A stretch of 64,000 nt of DNA from Candidatus Undinarchaeota archaeon (GCA_964636545.1 CAZWSR010000001.1:80007-144006), one strand, 5' to 3'. Shown: positions 8,801 through 18,385, counted from the first letter of the stretch. The notes: generated by a model from the sequence alone, not told the origin. Program-made: numbers and translations.

Positions 8801-9544
8801 CTATCCATCTTGGATACAATAAATTCTAAAATCACGATTACAGCTAGTTACGCCAGCATCTGTCCATCTGTCATCAGTGCTTGATGCTAAACCATAACTT
8901 CCTGAAAGAGTAGAGGCGCTGTAAGTCCAGTCATAGCATTGAGGTAATGCACCTTTAGTTTTCTCTTTTGTAAAACCCATGTCCTGCGTACCAGTCAAAA
9001 CCATTGCAGCTGGTGGGACTTTATCTCCATTCTCGTCAAACATAATTGGATTTACTAAATTTCCATACGCTAAGTCATCCAAATTTGCAGCAACTGGTTG
9101 ACCCTGCATATTGTAATACGGTCTGTCGCCAGCTCTAAACCGTGTTATAGCATCTAATTGCCTTTCTGAAAGCCATGCCTTAAAATCGCCATCAAGAGAA
9201 GCAGTTTGTGCCATTTCATTACAGCGCTGGTCAGCAGTACGAACACCACGGAGATCTCCTGAAAATTCTTTTGAAGAAACAAAAATCATATTTCCTGGAC
9301 CAGAAATAACTCCATCTGCATTCTTAACCCATTTAATTGGCTCAGCGTCTTTGATATCGAGACCTGAAGCTTCATCAAATGGTAAATTAGAGTATTGTGA
9401 CATGTCAGCTCTAGGGCCAGAACCACCACCCTCATAAAATTTTCCAACAAAACCAAGAGGAGTAGCAGTGAAAAGAAATGCTCCAGCAACAACTATTATA
9501 ATAAGAAATGTTCCGCCAATCACAAGCATCTTGCTACTTTCCAT
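8801..9544 (-). CDS. TM-anchored secreted protein with 4 Cys, possible C-type-lectin-like (FGE-like) C-terminal domain
   Basis: N-terminal TM helix. C-terminus ...QCYDWTYSASTLSGSYGLASSTDDRWTDAGVTSCNRDFRIYCIQDG resembles the W.D..C...F.C end of CLec folds. Confidence 0.6.
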   Translation of the reverse strand: MESSKMLVIGGTFLIIIVVAGAFLFTATPLGFVGKFYEGGGSGPRADMSQYSNLPFDEASGLDIKDAEPIKWVKNADGVISGPGNMIFVSSKEFSGDLRGVRTADQRCNEMAQTASLDGDFKAWLSERQLDAITRFRAGDRPYYNMQGQPVAANLDDLAYGNLVNPIMFDENGDKVPPAAMVLTGTQDMGFTKEKTKGALPQCYDWTYSASTLSGSYGLASSTDDRWTDAGVTSCNRDFRIYCIQDG

Positions 9545-9585
9545 TAGTTAGAATAGTGTAATGGCACATATAAAAAGTTGGTGAT

Positions 9586-10362
9586 TTAGATCATCACTTC
9601 AACAAACGCGCCAATTACAATTAGAACTAACGCTACCATGAACATTCCCATTGAGTCAAACATTATACGCTCCGCTGTTTGCTTCAAACGCTCACGCTCG
9701 TGCAGCACCAAGATGGATATCAACCCGCCTGAAATAGCTGCGAAAAAGAACGCAATAAATTCCATTCCTGTGTGAGGGATGAATGCAATAAAGGACGTTA
9801 ATTTTCCAAAACTGCCAATGAAAACACCGAGTACAGATGCGTTCCATGCAAGCAAGAGAATTGAACCACTACCATACAATAATGAAAGCACCATACAAAC
9901 AAACACGACTTTAAGATTATTAAGAAGAATTGGCATGAACATATTCATGTGAGAACCAGAAAATTGGCCAAGCATTCCACCAGAACCGCCACCGAAAACT
10001 GCTAGCTGTTTGCTGAAAATCAAGTTTTTCATGAAGATTGGAAGAATCATGTACCAAAGCATGTATGCTGCAGTCATTCCAATGAAAAACATTCCGTAAA
10101 TATAGATTATCCACAAGTTTCGCTTGAGAATTTGTTTTGAATTGGTAAGTCCAGCTCTTGCAATTTCCTCAAGGTCAAGGATTTTCTTGAAAAACGGAAC
10201 AGCAGAAATTGTTGTGAATAAAACACCGGCGATACTGGCGTCTTCTGTGAAAATTAAAGCTCCAACCCAAATACCAATAGTGGTTAGACAAACTCCAAGA
10301 AGTAGCGCATATAATGGACTTCGTTCAACCCATTCTGGTTTTATCAGGTTCTCAACAACCAT
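9586..10362 (-). CDS. SpoIIM/DUF95-family membrane protein
   Basis: Multi-TM protein with GGGSGGMLGQFSG and LAWNASVLGVFIGS..IPHTGMEFIAFFFAAISG, typical of COG1300. Confidence 0.65.
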   Translation of the reverse strand: MVVENLIKPEWVERSPLYALLLGVCLTTIGIWVGALIFTEDASIAGVLFTTISAVPFFKKILDLEEIARAGLTNSKQILKRNLWIIYIYGMFFIGMTAAYMLWYMILPIFMKNLIFSKQLAVFGGGSGGMLGQFSGSHMNMFMPILLNNLKVVFVCMVLSLLYGSGSILLLAWNASVLGVFIGSFGKLTSFIAFIPHTGMEFIAFFFAAISGGLISILVLHERERLKQTAERIMFDSMGMFMVALVLIVIGAFVEVMI

Positions 10363-10410
10363 AGGTGCGAATAGGAAATCGCAGGTTATAAAGGTTAGGT
10401 TTTATTCAGA

Positions 10411-10481
10411 TAGGTAGTGGGTAGTAGGCAGTTGGCAGTAGGTCAGTTCCACTACCTAGTGCCCAGTGCCTACTGCCTGTG
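10411..10481. repeat. family-D GC-rich imperfect hairpin built of GGCAGTAGG / TAGGTAGTGG words
   Basis: Sits in the divergent promoter region between the SpoIIM-like gene and trxB. A second copy lies inside the dtdA ORF at 40491-40516. Confidence 0.55.
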
Positions 10482-10530
10482 AAAATTGCAAAGCTGTTTT
10501 TAACAACAAATATAAAGAGGAAAAATAAAC

Positions 10531-11490
10531 ATGGAGACTATGCCAAGCAAATATGAGGTAATAATTGTCGGGTTTGGTCCAGCTGGTCTGACAGCAGGAA
10601 TGTATGCAGCAAGACAAGGACTCAAGACCCTTGTTATTGGAGTTGGGGCACCAGGTGGACAAGTGCTCACCACATTGAAGATTGAGAATTATCCTGGTTT
10701 TGAAGTTGTTAGTGGAAAAGTTTTAAGCATCCTGATGCAGAGACAAGCGCAGAAGCACGGAGCTACTCTTAAAACAGGAGATGTTGTAAAACTGACTAAG
10801 ACTAAGAGTGGAATCGCAGTATATACAGACAAGGGAACAAAATATACTTCAAAAGCAGTTATACTTGCAACTGGAGCAAAATACAAGAATTTAGGTATTC
10901 CAGGAGAAAAAGAATTTATGGGTAAAGGAGTTTCATATTGTACTACTTGTGATGGACCGTTTTTCAAGGGAAAAACAGTTGCTGTAGTTGGTGGCGGGAA
11001 CAGTGCATTAACTTCAGCTATTTATTTAGCTGGATTAGCTAAGAAAGTTTATATTATTCACAGGCGGGATGAATTCCGCGGTGCAGACGCACTTGTTGCA
11101 CAAATAGATGCTAAAGGTATTGAAAAGGTTCTTGATTCTACAAGTGTTGAAGTGAAAGGTGATAAGGTTGTTACTGGACTTGTTGTTGAGAACTTGAAGA
11201 CAAAGAAGAAGAAAGAATTGCCTGTTCAAGGTGTTTTTATCAATATTGGAGTTGCTCCAAGCACAGCAGTTGCTGAGAGTGTTGGAGTTGAATTAGATGA
11301 AGAAAAGTACATTAAAGTAAACAAGAACATGCAGACAAACATACCTGGGGTGTTTGCAGCAGGTGACATGACCGGTGGCATACGGCAGATTGCAACAGCT
11401 GTTGGAGAGGGTTGCTGTGCTGGTTTAATGGCTTACAAGTACATTCGTTCACAAGAAGGAAAGAAGGTTGATGTTGTTGATTGGGATTGA
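10531..11490 (+). CDS. trxB: thioredoxin reductase
   Basis: FAD motif IIVGFGPAGLTAG, redox CTTCDGPFF, NAD(P) motif VVGGGNSA. AGAGGA SD upstream. Confidence 0.85.
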   Translation: METMPSKYEVIIVGFGPAGLTAGMYAARQGLKTLVIGVGAPGGQVLTTLKIENYPGFEVVSGKVLSILMQRQAQKHGATLKTGDVVKLTKTKSGIAVYTDKGTKYTSKAVILATGAKYKNLGIPGEKEFMGKGVSYCTTCDGPFFKGKTVAVVGGGNSALTSAIYLAGLAKKVYIIHRRDEFRGADALVAQIDAKGIEKVLDSTSVEVKGDKVVTGLVVENLKTKKKKELPVQGVFINIGVAPSTAVAESVGVELDEEKYIKVNKNMQTNIPGVFAAGDMTGGIRQIATAVGEGCCAGLMAYKYIRSQEGKKVDVVDWD

Positions 11491-11651
11491 AAAACAGGTG
11501 TCAGCAGTCAGCCCTCGGCAGTCAGGTGCCTGACAGCTGATGGCCGATACCTGATACCTTTCACAAATTTAACCAACACTGACATATGTCATTACTAACA
11601 ACACATAAATACTCTATTTATGTATGGATTAGCTAAGGAGGATGATTAAAC

Positions 11652-11837
11652 ATGGTAAAAGGACAATGTATGAAATGCAAGAAACAAGTTGAAATAAAAG
11701 ATGGTAAGGACACTATAAGCCCAGGTAAAGCAAACCCAGCAATGAGTACAAAAATGATTAAGGGAAAATGCCCAGAATGTGACACAACTGTTTGCAGAAT
11801 TACAGGACGCATTAAAACAGCAGACATAAAGAAATAA
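11652..11837 (+). CDS. small zinc-ribbon protein
   Basis: CMKC...CPEC (two CxxC) in 61 aa. Strong AAGGAGGA SD 8 nt upstream. Confidence 0.55.
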   Translation: MVKGQCMKCKKQVEIKDGKDTISPGKANPAMSTKMIKGKCPECDTTVCRITGRIKTADIKK

Positions 11838-11915
11838 GCTTCTTGTGTAACTAAAAAAATAACATTACTGTGGCATGGAATAAAACACATGCCACGCTTA
11901 ACTTTTTAATTAGCT

Positions 11916-13169
11916 TTATCTATGGCAACTACGTAGTTCTACTGCTTTTGCTACTCTCTGCATAGCTAACACAAATGCTGCAGTGCGCATATGGCACTTT
12001 TTCTCCTTGCAAATAGCAAGAACATCGTCAAAAGCTGTCACCATTCGCTTCTCAAGTCGCTCAAACACAACCTCTTCTGTCCAATAGTCGCCTGTGCGGT
12101 TCTGAACCCACTCAAAGTAGCTCACAGTCACGCCGCCAGCATTACAAACGATATCTGGAATAATGAAAATATTATTCTTGTGTAAGATTTCATCTGCTTC
12201 AGGTGTAGTAGGACCATTTGCAAGTTCAGCAATGATTTTTGCTTTGATATTTCCAGCATTCTCTTGTGTAATCTGATTCTCAAGAGCTGCAGGAACAAGA
12301 ATATCACACTCAAGCTCAAGAAGAGCTTCGTTGGTAATTGCTTCAGTGCCTTCAAATCCAGCAACAGATTTTGTTTTTTGTTTGTGCTCAAACACTTTTT
12401 CAGGATCAAACCCATCTTTTGAATAGATTCCGCCTTTGGAGTCACTTGCAGCAACAATCTTGAAACCTGCTTCATGAAGTAGAATAGCCATATTGTGTCC
12501 AGCATTACCATATCCTTGAATGGCGACGGTTGCGCCTTTTGGTTTTATTCCAACGTATTTGACTGCTTCTAGTACAGTAAAGACTCCGCCTTTAGCAGTT
12601 GCAGTTCCACGTCCTTGCGAACCACCTAATTCAATTGGTTTTCCAGTAATCATTCCAGGTTCTTTCCTGTCTTTCAGTTTTTCATATTCGTCAAGCATCC
12701 AAGCCATTACTTGCGGAGTTGTGTACACATCAGGAGCAGGAACATCTTTGTTTACTCCAACAACCTCAGCAATTTCACGAATAAAACCACGAGAAATTAA
12801 TTGAAGCTCATGTTCAGAAACTTCTTTTGGATTAAAAATAACTCCACCTTTTGCTCCACCCATTGGAATTCCAACAACTGCAGTTTTCCAAGTCATCCAA
12901 GCAGCTAGTGCTTTGACTTCAGCTAATGAAACATTTTGGTGGAAACGAATTCCGCCTTTCCCAGGTCCGCGCACATCACTGTGTAATACACGCAATCCAT
13001 CGAAAGTTTTTGTTTCACCATTATCCATTTCAATTGGGAAAGAAACTTCAGTAACACGCTGAGGTGTTTTCAAAACTTCGTAGATATTCGCGTCAATCTG
13101 CGCGATGCTCTGGGCTTTTTCAAGCTGTTTTAGTTGGTTTGCGAAAGGGTCAATTACCATTATGTTCAC
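11916..13169 (-). CDS. gdhA: glutamate dehydrogenase
   Basis: GGAKGGVIFNPKE catalytic motif and a dinucleotide fold, 417 aa. Confidence 0.9.
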   Translation of the reverse strand: MNIMVIDPFANQLKQLEKAQSIAQIDANIYEVLKTPQRVTEVSFPIEMDNGETKTFDGLRVLHSDVRGPGKGGIRFHQNVSLAEVKALAAWMTWKTAVVGIPMGGAKGGVIFNPKEVSEHELQLISRGFIREIAEVVGVNKDVPAPDVYTTPQVMAWMLDEYEKLKDRKEPGMITGKPIELGGSQGRGTATAKGGVFTVLEAVKYVGIKPKGATVAIQGYGNAGHNMAILLHEAGFKIVAASDSKGGIYSKDGFDPEKVFEHKQKTKSVAGFEGTEAITNEALLELECDILVPAALENQITQENAGNIKAKIIAELANGPTTPEADEILHKNNIFIIPDIVCNAGGVTVSYFEWVQNRTGDYWTEEVVFERLEKRMVTAFDDVLAICKEKKCHMRTAAFVLAMQRVAKAVELRSCHR

Positions 13170-13263
13170 TAAAGAGTAGGAGGGTTGGGACTTATTTAAA
13201 GTTTGTTGAAAAATATCTGATAGCTGACAGCTGGTAGCTGTAAGCTTTAGCCAATTTCAAAAG

Positions 13264-13340
13264 ATGGTGGGGGTGCCCAGATTTGAACTGGGGACCACTT
13301 GCTCCCAAAGCAAGTATCATACCAAACTAGACTACACCCC
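13264..13340 (-). tRNA. tRNA-Pro (TGG), CCA encoded
   Basis: Hand-folded: GGGGGTG/CACCCCC acceptor, anticodon stem CTTGC/GCAAG, loop TTTGGGA, T-loop TTCAAAT, discriminator A, CCA present. Confidence 0.8.
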
Positions 13341-13449
13341 CGATGGTGTTTCCTGATGAACAAATTTCACACTTAACCAAGCGCGTTATAGCGGCGCAGC
13401 CGCATCTCATCCTCCGCGAGAAGGCGGAGCTACGAATACACCCCCAACT

Positions 13450-13620
13450 TTAGAAAATCGCGCTTCCGTATAGGTGTAGCAGAATTTCGACAACCACTAC
13501 TGTTGCTGCGAATCCAATAACATGTATTGGCTTGAACTTGAAACCACGACTTTCCTCACTACTGACGCGGAAAATTCCTCCGCCAGCACCCGGAATTGAG
13601 ACATTATTCTTTTTTGACAT
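13450..13620 (-). CDS. secG: preprotein translocase subunit Sec61-beta (SecG, archaeal)
   Basis: 56 aa MSKKNNVSIPGAGGGIFRVSSEESRGFKFKPIHVIGFAATVVVVEILLHLYGSAIF, the archaeal Sec61beta pattern. Too short for the ORF track. Confidence 0.7.
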   Translation of the reverse strand: MSKKNNVSIPGAGGGIFRVSSEESRGFKFKPIHVIGFAATVVVVEILLHLYGSAIF

Positions 13621-13660
13621 GAGTTTAGTGTTAGGTTGGGTGTTTTTAAATGTTATTATT

Positions 13661-14545
13661 CTAAATTATTATAAAAACACCTGCGAGAAGTAAAGCAATT
13701 GCAATTAATTTTTGAAGGAAAATAAACCCACTTGTTTTTTCCTTAACAATTTTAGTTGAAAATGCAGTTATGACAGTGACAATAACCAAAACAAAGAAGG
13801 CTTGAATCTCTTCCAATGCAGAAACAAGAGTTACAAAACCAATTGAAAGTGACATGAAATGGAAAATAAAACCAAGGAATGGGAGAATTGAAGAAAATAT
13901 AAGTAAGGTAAGTATTTTTCGTGTCTTGATTTTTGCGAAGAACTCTTGCTTATCTTCAGTTATCCAGAAAACAAGAGGCAAGAATAAACTAGAACCAATA
14001 AAATAGAAAAAGAAAAATGAGTATGGATCAATATATCCAAGGAAATATTTTGTTATAATATTCATTATAGCATACAGGAAAATTGACAAAAGGAAAAACG
14101 CAATTGGTTTTTTATTGAATTTTTCTTTTCTAGATTTTTCATAAGAAATGAGTATAGCTCCACCAACAAGAAAAATCACACCAAAATAAGAAGACACAGG
14201 CAGAATTTCTGAAAGAAAGATAGCTGAAAGAAGAGCCGTTATTACAGGAGTTGTGGCAAATAATGGAGTTAATCTTGTAACTTCTCCTTCTCTAAGTCCA
14301 AGGTAATAAAAAATAACACTGAATCCGGCAAGTCCGCCACCTAAGAAAACCACAAAGCTGAGCCAGGAAAATGTCAAGTCAAATAGGAAAAACATTGGAA
14401 TTGCAAGAACAAGTTTGAAAGGTGCAAACATAAAAATCTGTTTGTAAGACAGATGATCTGTCACAATAATTTTGTCAATAATATTAGTCACTGCCCAGAA
14501 AATTGCAGCAGAAAGCGCAAATATTGCCCAGAGTGGAAAGTTCAT
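13661..14545 (-). CDS. EamA/DMT-family transporter
   Basis: 10 predicted TM helices with internal duplication, 294 aa. Confidence 0.7.
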   Translation of the reverse strand: MNFPLWAIFALSAAIFWAVTNIIDKIIVTDHLSYKQIFMFAPFKLVLAIPMFFLFDLTFSWLSFVVFLGGGLAGFSVIFYYLGLREGEVTRLTPLFATTPVITALLSAIFLSEILPVSSYFGVIFLVGGAILISYEKSRKEKFNKKPIAFFLLSIFLYAIMNIITKYFLGYIDPYSFFFFYFIGSSLFLPLVFWITEDKQEFFAKIKTRKILTLLIFSSILPFLGFIFHFMSLSIGFVTLVSALEEIQAFFVLVIVTVITAFSTKIVKEKTSGFIFLQKLIAIALLLAGVFIII

Positions 14546-15165
14546 TCTTTATCAGGGATTGGATAGCCATTACTATTTAAAAATTCTTGCACTGCTTTAA
14601 TAACAGAATCCTTAACAGCCATTTTGTCAGGCATGGCATCAATGCGTTTGAAATTATTTGATTTGTCATTTGCTAGCTCTTCATAAACACCCCTAACTTT
14701 TGTTAGGAATTCAATATTTTCAAATTTTTCACCTTTGTCACAGCGATTGACTCCTTCTTCAGGAGTCACATCAAGATAAATAGTAAGGTCTGGATCTCTT
14801 GCAAAAAAGTGAATGTCCTTGAGCATTTTAAGGTCTTGCCCTTGAGCAGTCTGATATGCAAAACTTGAGTATTTGTAACGCTCACACACAACAACTTTTC
14901 CTTCATTGATAGCTGGACCGATTTCATGTTCCAGGTGCTCGGCGCGGTCTGCTGCAAAAAGAAATGCATCAGCCAATGACAAACTTGATTCATCCTTGAG
15001 ATATTCGCGAATTAATCTTCCAATTCTTCCGCGTGACGGTTCTTCAGTATAGAATACTTTGTAGCCTCTTCTGCGAAGGTAGTCAGTAATAAAACCAGCA
15101 TGCTCCGACTTACCACAACCATCAATTCCTTCTATTGCAATAAATAATCCCTTTTTTTCTCCCAT
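14542..15165 (-). CDS. tmk: thymidylate kinase
   Basis: FIAIEGIDGCGKS P-loop and DRAEHLE lid region. 4-nt overlap with the downstream gene. Confidence 0.85.
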   Translation of the reverse strand: MGEKKGLFIAIEGIDGCGKSEHAGFITDYLRRRGYKVFYTEEPSRGRIGRLIREYLKDESSLSLADAFLFAADRAEHLEHEIGPAINEGKVVVCERYKYSSFAYQTAQGQDLKMLKDIHFFARDPDLTIYLDVTPEEGVNRCDKGEKFENIEFLTKVRGVYEELANDKSNNFKRIDAMPDKMAVKDSVIKAVQEFLNSNGYPIPDKE

Positions 15166-15389
15166 CCTGAGCTGAGATTGTGATAAGTTTGTTATAAAGT
15201 TTTGGGGGTGTTGGAGAAATGTAGAAAACTATATAACCGACGATACGGAATTTTATAAGGCTATTTTGTAGCCAGGATTGGATGTAAAGAGTGAAGACTG
15301 GAACTGGAATTAGGAATCGGGGAATATTAGATACAGTTTCATCTCTAAAAAAACCTGGCAAGAATATACTACTTCAGAAAGAAACCTGG

Positions 15390-15932
15390 ATGGTGATTGG
15401 GGCAGTTGCTATTGCGCTAGTCATTGTATCTTTTGTATTCGCATTTCTTTGGAATAAATTTATATTAATGTTTTACTGGGTTATTGGAGCACTTGCAATA
15501 TTCCTGACAAGAAGAAAAGATTTCTGGTATATGGGAATTGAAATTCATTTTCCACTAGCATTTTACATGACTTACGCATTTGGGTGGATGTTTGCATTTA
15601 GTATGGTGATAATCGCATATTTGTGTGTATGGAAAGTTAGACCAGACCAAGGGCACGGAATTATGATTCAGATGACATCGTTGAATGTAATGATGTTACT
15701 AAGCTTGGTAATGAAACATTTCTATGGAACTAGTTTAGGTGCAGGAAAATTCTTATTCATATTTCTGATTTGTTTCATAAGTGTGCAATTACTGGATGGA
15801 ATTCTTTCAAAAATGTTCTGCCCAAGTCCGCCACTGAAAATTTTAATAATTCACTCACTTGACGTTATAATAAATTTCTATGTTGCAAAATTCATTGGCT
15901 ACAAATTCTTGATGTATTTGTTCACGCTCTAA
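15390..15932 (+). CDS. membrane protein, unknown (track ORF starts at a GTG at 15291)
   Basis: Hydrophobic multi-TM ORF. The first internal ATG is at 15390. Confidence 0.4.
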   Translation: MVIGAVAIALVIVSFVFAFLWNKFILMFYWVIGALAIFLTRRKDFWYMGIEIHFPLAFYMTYAFGWMFAFSMVIIAYLCVWKVRPDQGHGIMIQMTSLNVMMLLSLVMKHFYGTSLGAGKFLFIFLICFISVQLLDGILSKMFCPSPPLKILIIHSLDVIINFYVAKFIGYKFLMYLFTL

Positions 15933-17149
15933 CCTTTGTATTCTGTGTTTTCTTCAACATCTTTGTAAATAACAACGCCAGGCCATATTCGTGACCCTGC
16001 ACCAATCTTTTTTCCAGGATTTATCACAACATTTGAACCGAACTTGACATTATCCCCAACAATTCCGCCGAGTTTTCTCAAGCCAGTATCAACTTGTTTT
16101 CCTTTGACATTCACAAGAACATTGTTGTCATCATGCCGTAGGTTTGTCATAATTGCCCCAGCACCGAAATTTACATTTTGTCCAATTACTGAATCTCCAA
16201 CATAAGAAAGATGAGGAATACAAGTTCCATTCATCACAATTGAATTCTTGACTTCAACGCCTTGTCCGATTTTGCAGTTGTCACCAATGCAAGTGTAAGG
16301 CCTGATGAAAGCATTTGGACCAATTGTACAGTTCTTTCCGATTATTACAGGACCTTCAATATAAACACCAGATTTGATAACAGTCCCTTCACCGGCGACT
16401 AATTTTCCGGTTACATGAACAAATTCCTCAACAGTTGCTTTGTTTTCTTCAGGTGCTTCGTCAATGAATTTCTTACTAGCTGTGATAAGTTCCCATGGAT
16501 AATTTATTGAGCGCCAATATTCAACTGGGATTACAGTAACACCATCTGGAATAAGTTTAGTGATTGCGTCAGTAATTTCATATTCGCCTCGCTTAGATTT
16601 TTCAAGAGTGTCAATTACTTTGAAAATTTCAGGAGAGAATGCGTAAATTCCAACATTAACAAAATGCTCGCCTTCTGCATGTTCTGGTTTTTCAACAAGA
16701 CTTTTAACAAAATTCATTTCAACTTCAACAACACCAAGACCTTTTGGATTTACTTTTTTTGTTATAGAAACAGTTGCTTTGGTTTTGTGTGCTTCCATTA
16801 CATTTTTTAGATGCTCAGAAGTGCTGAAATCATCACCATTTAGAACAAGGAAATCTTCAGTGAATTTATCTTTTGCCAAGCCAATTGCATTTGCTGTTCC
16901 AATTGGTTTAGCTTGAATTGCATATGAAAGTGAAACGCCTTCTTGCTCGCTACCTAGTGCTTTTTCAACTTCACTTTCTGGATTTACAACAATAAGTACT
17001 TCAGAAATTCCAGCTTGTTTTAGAGCAGACAAACTGCGGGATATAATTGGCTTGTTTGCAACAGGAAGTAGACATTTGTTTCTAGTGTCACTTAGCGGCT
17101 TCATCCGTTGACCTTTTCCTGCAGCAAGTATCAATGCTTTTGTTATCAT
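15929..17149 (-). CDS. bifunctional sugar-1-phosphate nucleotidyltransferase / acetyltransferase (GlmU-like)
   Basis: N-terminal LILAAGKGQRMKP nucleotidyltransferase motif and C-terminal left-handed beta-helix hexapeptide repeats. Confidence 0.8.
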   Translation of the reverse strand: MITKALILAAGKGQRMKPLSDTRNKCLLPVANKPIISRSLSALKQAGISEVLIVVNPESEVEKALGSEQEGVSLSYAIQAKPIGTANAIGLAKDKFTEDFLVLNGDDFSTSEHLKNVMEAHKTKATVSITKKVNPKGLGVVEVEMNFVKSLVEKPEHAEGEHFVNVGIYAFSPEIFKVIDTLEKSKRGEYEITDAITKLIPDGVTVIPVEYWRSINYPWELITASKKFIDEAPEENKATVEEFVHVTGKLVAGEGTVIKSGVYIEGPVIIGKNCTIGPNAFIRPYTCIGDNCKIGQGVEVKNSIVMNGTCIPHLSYVGDSVIGQNVNFGAGAIMTNLRHDDNNVLVNVKGKQVDTGLRKLGGIVGDNVKFGSNVVINPGKKIGAGSRIWPGVVIYKDVEENTEYKG

Positions 17150-17206
17150 TGTACAGAGAAAGACTGATTTGGCTTTATAAAGTATTGCTAAAAAAAAATC
17201 TAAAGT

Positions 17207-17274
17207 GGAGCTGGGGCGCAGGGGCGCCGTGTTGTTTTTCGACTCTCCAGCCCTGCGGCTCTACGGTGCCCCAG
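17207..17274. repeat. family-C GC-rich element containing tandem GGGGCGCA octamers
   Basis: GGAGCTGGGGCGCAGGGGCGCCGTG...ACGGTGCCCCAG imperfect hairpin in a divergent promoter region. GGGGCGCA x3 recurs in frame in dtdA (40284-40316). Confidence 0.55.
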
Positions 17275-17316
17275 ACAATAGTATTTATAAACCAGTGACA
17301 GATACAAATTGAAGGA

Positions 17317-17817
17317 ATGAAAAAGATAAAAGAGCGTTACAAAAATGTAGCTGATTTGTGGGTCGACATAGAGAATTTGTTCATACTTATTTATCTTGGA
17401 ATTGGAGCATATGGAATGAGATCGCTATTGTTTAGAGGAGCCCCGATTGTTTCAATATTTTATGTTTCTTGTGCGATTGTGCTTGTGATGGGATTGACTT
17501 TGATGCACAGGCGTGCCAGTGGATTCTGTTTTGGAAAACGGTATGCAAGTGCTTGGGGAATTGTAGCTGCTGAATTATATAGAAAAGGTGACTGCAAGAA
17601 CCAGACTGCAAGGAGATTGGCGTTTATTACTTTAGTTGTTGTGACTGCGCTCCCAATATTTGCAATGGGATATTTGCTGTATTGCTGCTACACAAAAGCA
17701 ATATTGAATCTTTTTGTGATTTTCCTTGCACTAAGTATTGTACAGTTTGGAATTAACAAGCAGTTTAGGAAAAAGTTCAGTATGGACTACAGCAAGGCGC
17801 CGGAAGAGTACAAGTAA
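17317..17817 (+). CDS. membrane protein, unknown
   Basis: 166-aa hydrophobic ORF. Confidence 0.45.
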   Translation: MKKIKERYKNVADLWVDIENLFILIYLGIGAYGMRSLLFRGAPIVSIFYVSCAIVLVMGLTLMHRRASGFCFGKRYASAWGIVAAELYRKGDCKNQTARRLAFITLVVVTALPIFAMGYLLYCCYTKAILNLFVIFLALSIVQFGINKQFRKKFSMDYSKAPEEYK

Positions 17818-18117
17818 TCAACTGCATTTTTTTGAAAGAATATCATATGCCTTCAGTGCATCTTCTTTTTCAACAATGAAAATTGTATCAGTGTAGCAGG
17901 ACAGAACTTCAACTATATTTATTCCATTCTCAGCTAGGAGGCCTGTTGTGTATTGCACAAAACCGTGAGTGGATTCCACATTTGAATTTGGAATGATTGG
18001 TCTTGCTGATGAAGTTTGCACATCAAGTTCCATAATGCCGCAGAAAAAGAACCCTGACCCACTGGAAGTTCTGCATGCAAAAACCACTGAAGTACATAGT
18101 TTGCTATTCCAGAACAT
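17818..18117 (-). pseudogene. ORF whose C-terminal 40 aa form an ACT-domain fragment (aspartokinase-like); likely gene remnant
   Basis: ...GLLAENGINIVEVLSCYTDTIFIVEKEDALKAYDILSKK. The N-terminal part is antisense to the argH fragment. Confidence 0.3.
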
Positions 18118-18385
18118 GATGACTCTGAAATCACTGACGTCTGGGTATCACAAAGATATGCAACAGACGAAAAAAACAGTGATAAATGGATTTAGTATTG
18201 TTTTAAAGAGCTTGAAAGTGATGGAAATTGTTGTGAAAGGAATTACAGCAAATAAGGAAAAAATGCAGGAAATAATTGAAAAAAGCGGATGCTTAGCCAC
18301 AAACGAGGTAGATAAGTTGGTGTTGGAAGGAATTCCGTTCAGACAAGCGTACAAGCAGGTAAGAATAGCTTATAACAACAAATAA
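17969..18385 (+). pseudogene. argH: argininosuccinate lyase C-terminal fragment (about 138 of about 460 aa)
   Basis: Fumarate-lyase signature SSIMPQKKNPD plus LATNEVDKLVLEGIPFRQAYKQV. An in-frame stop lies immediately upstream and there is no room for the N-terminal two thirds. Confidence 0.6.
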
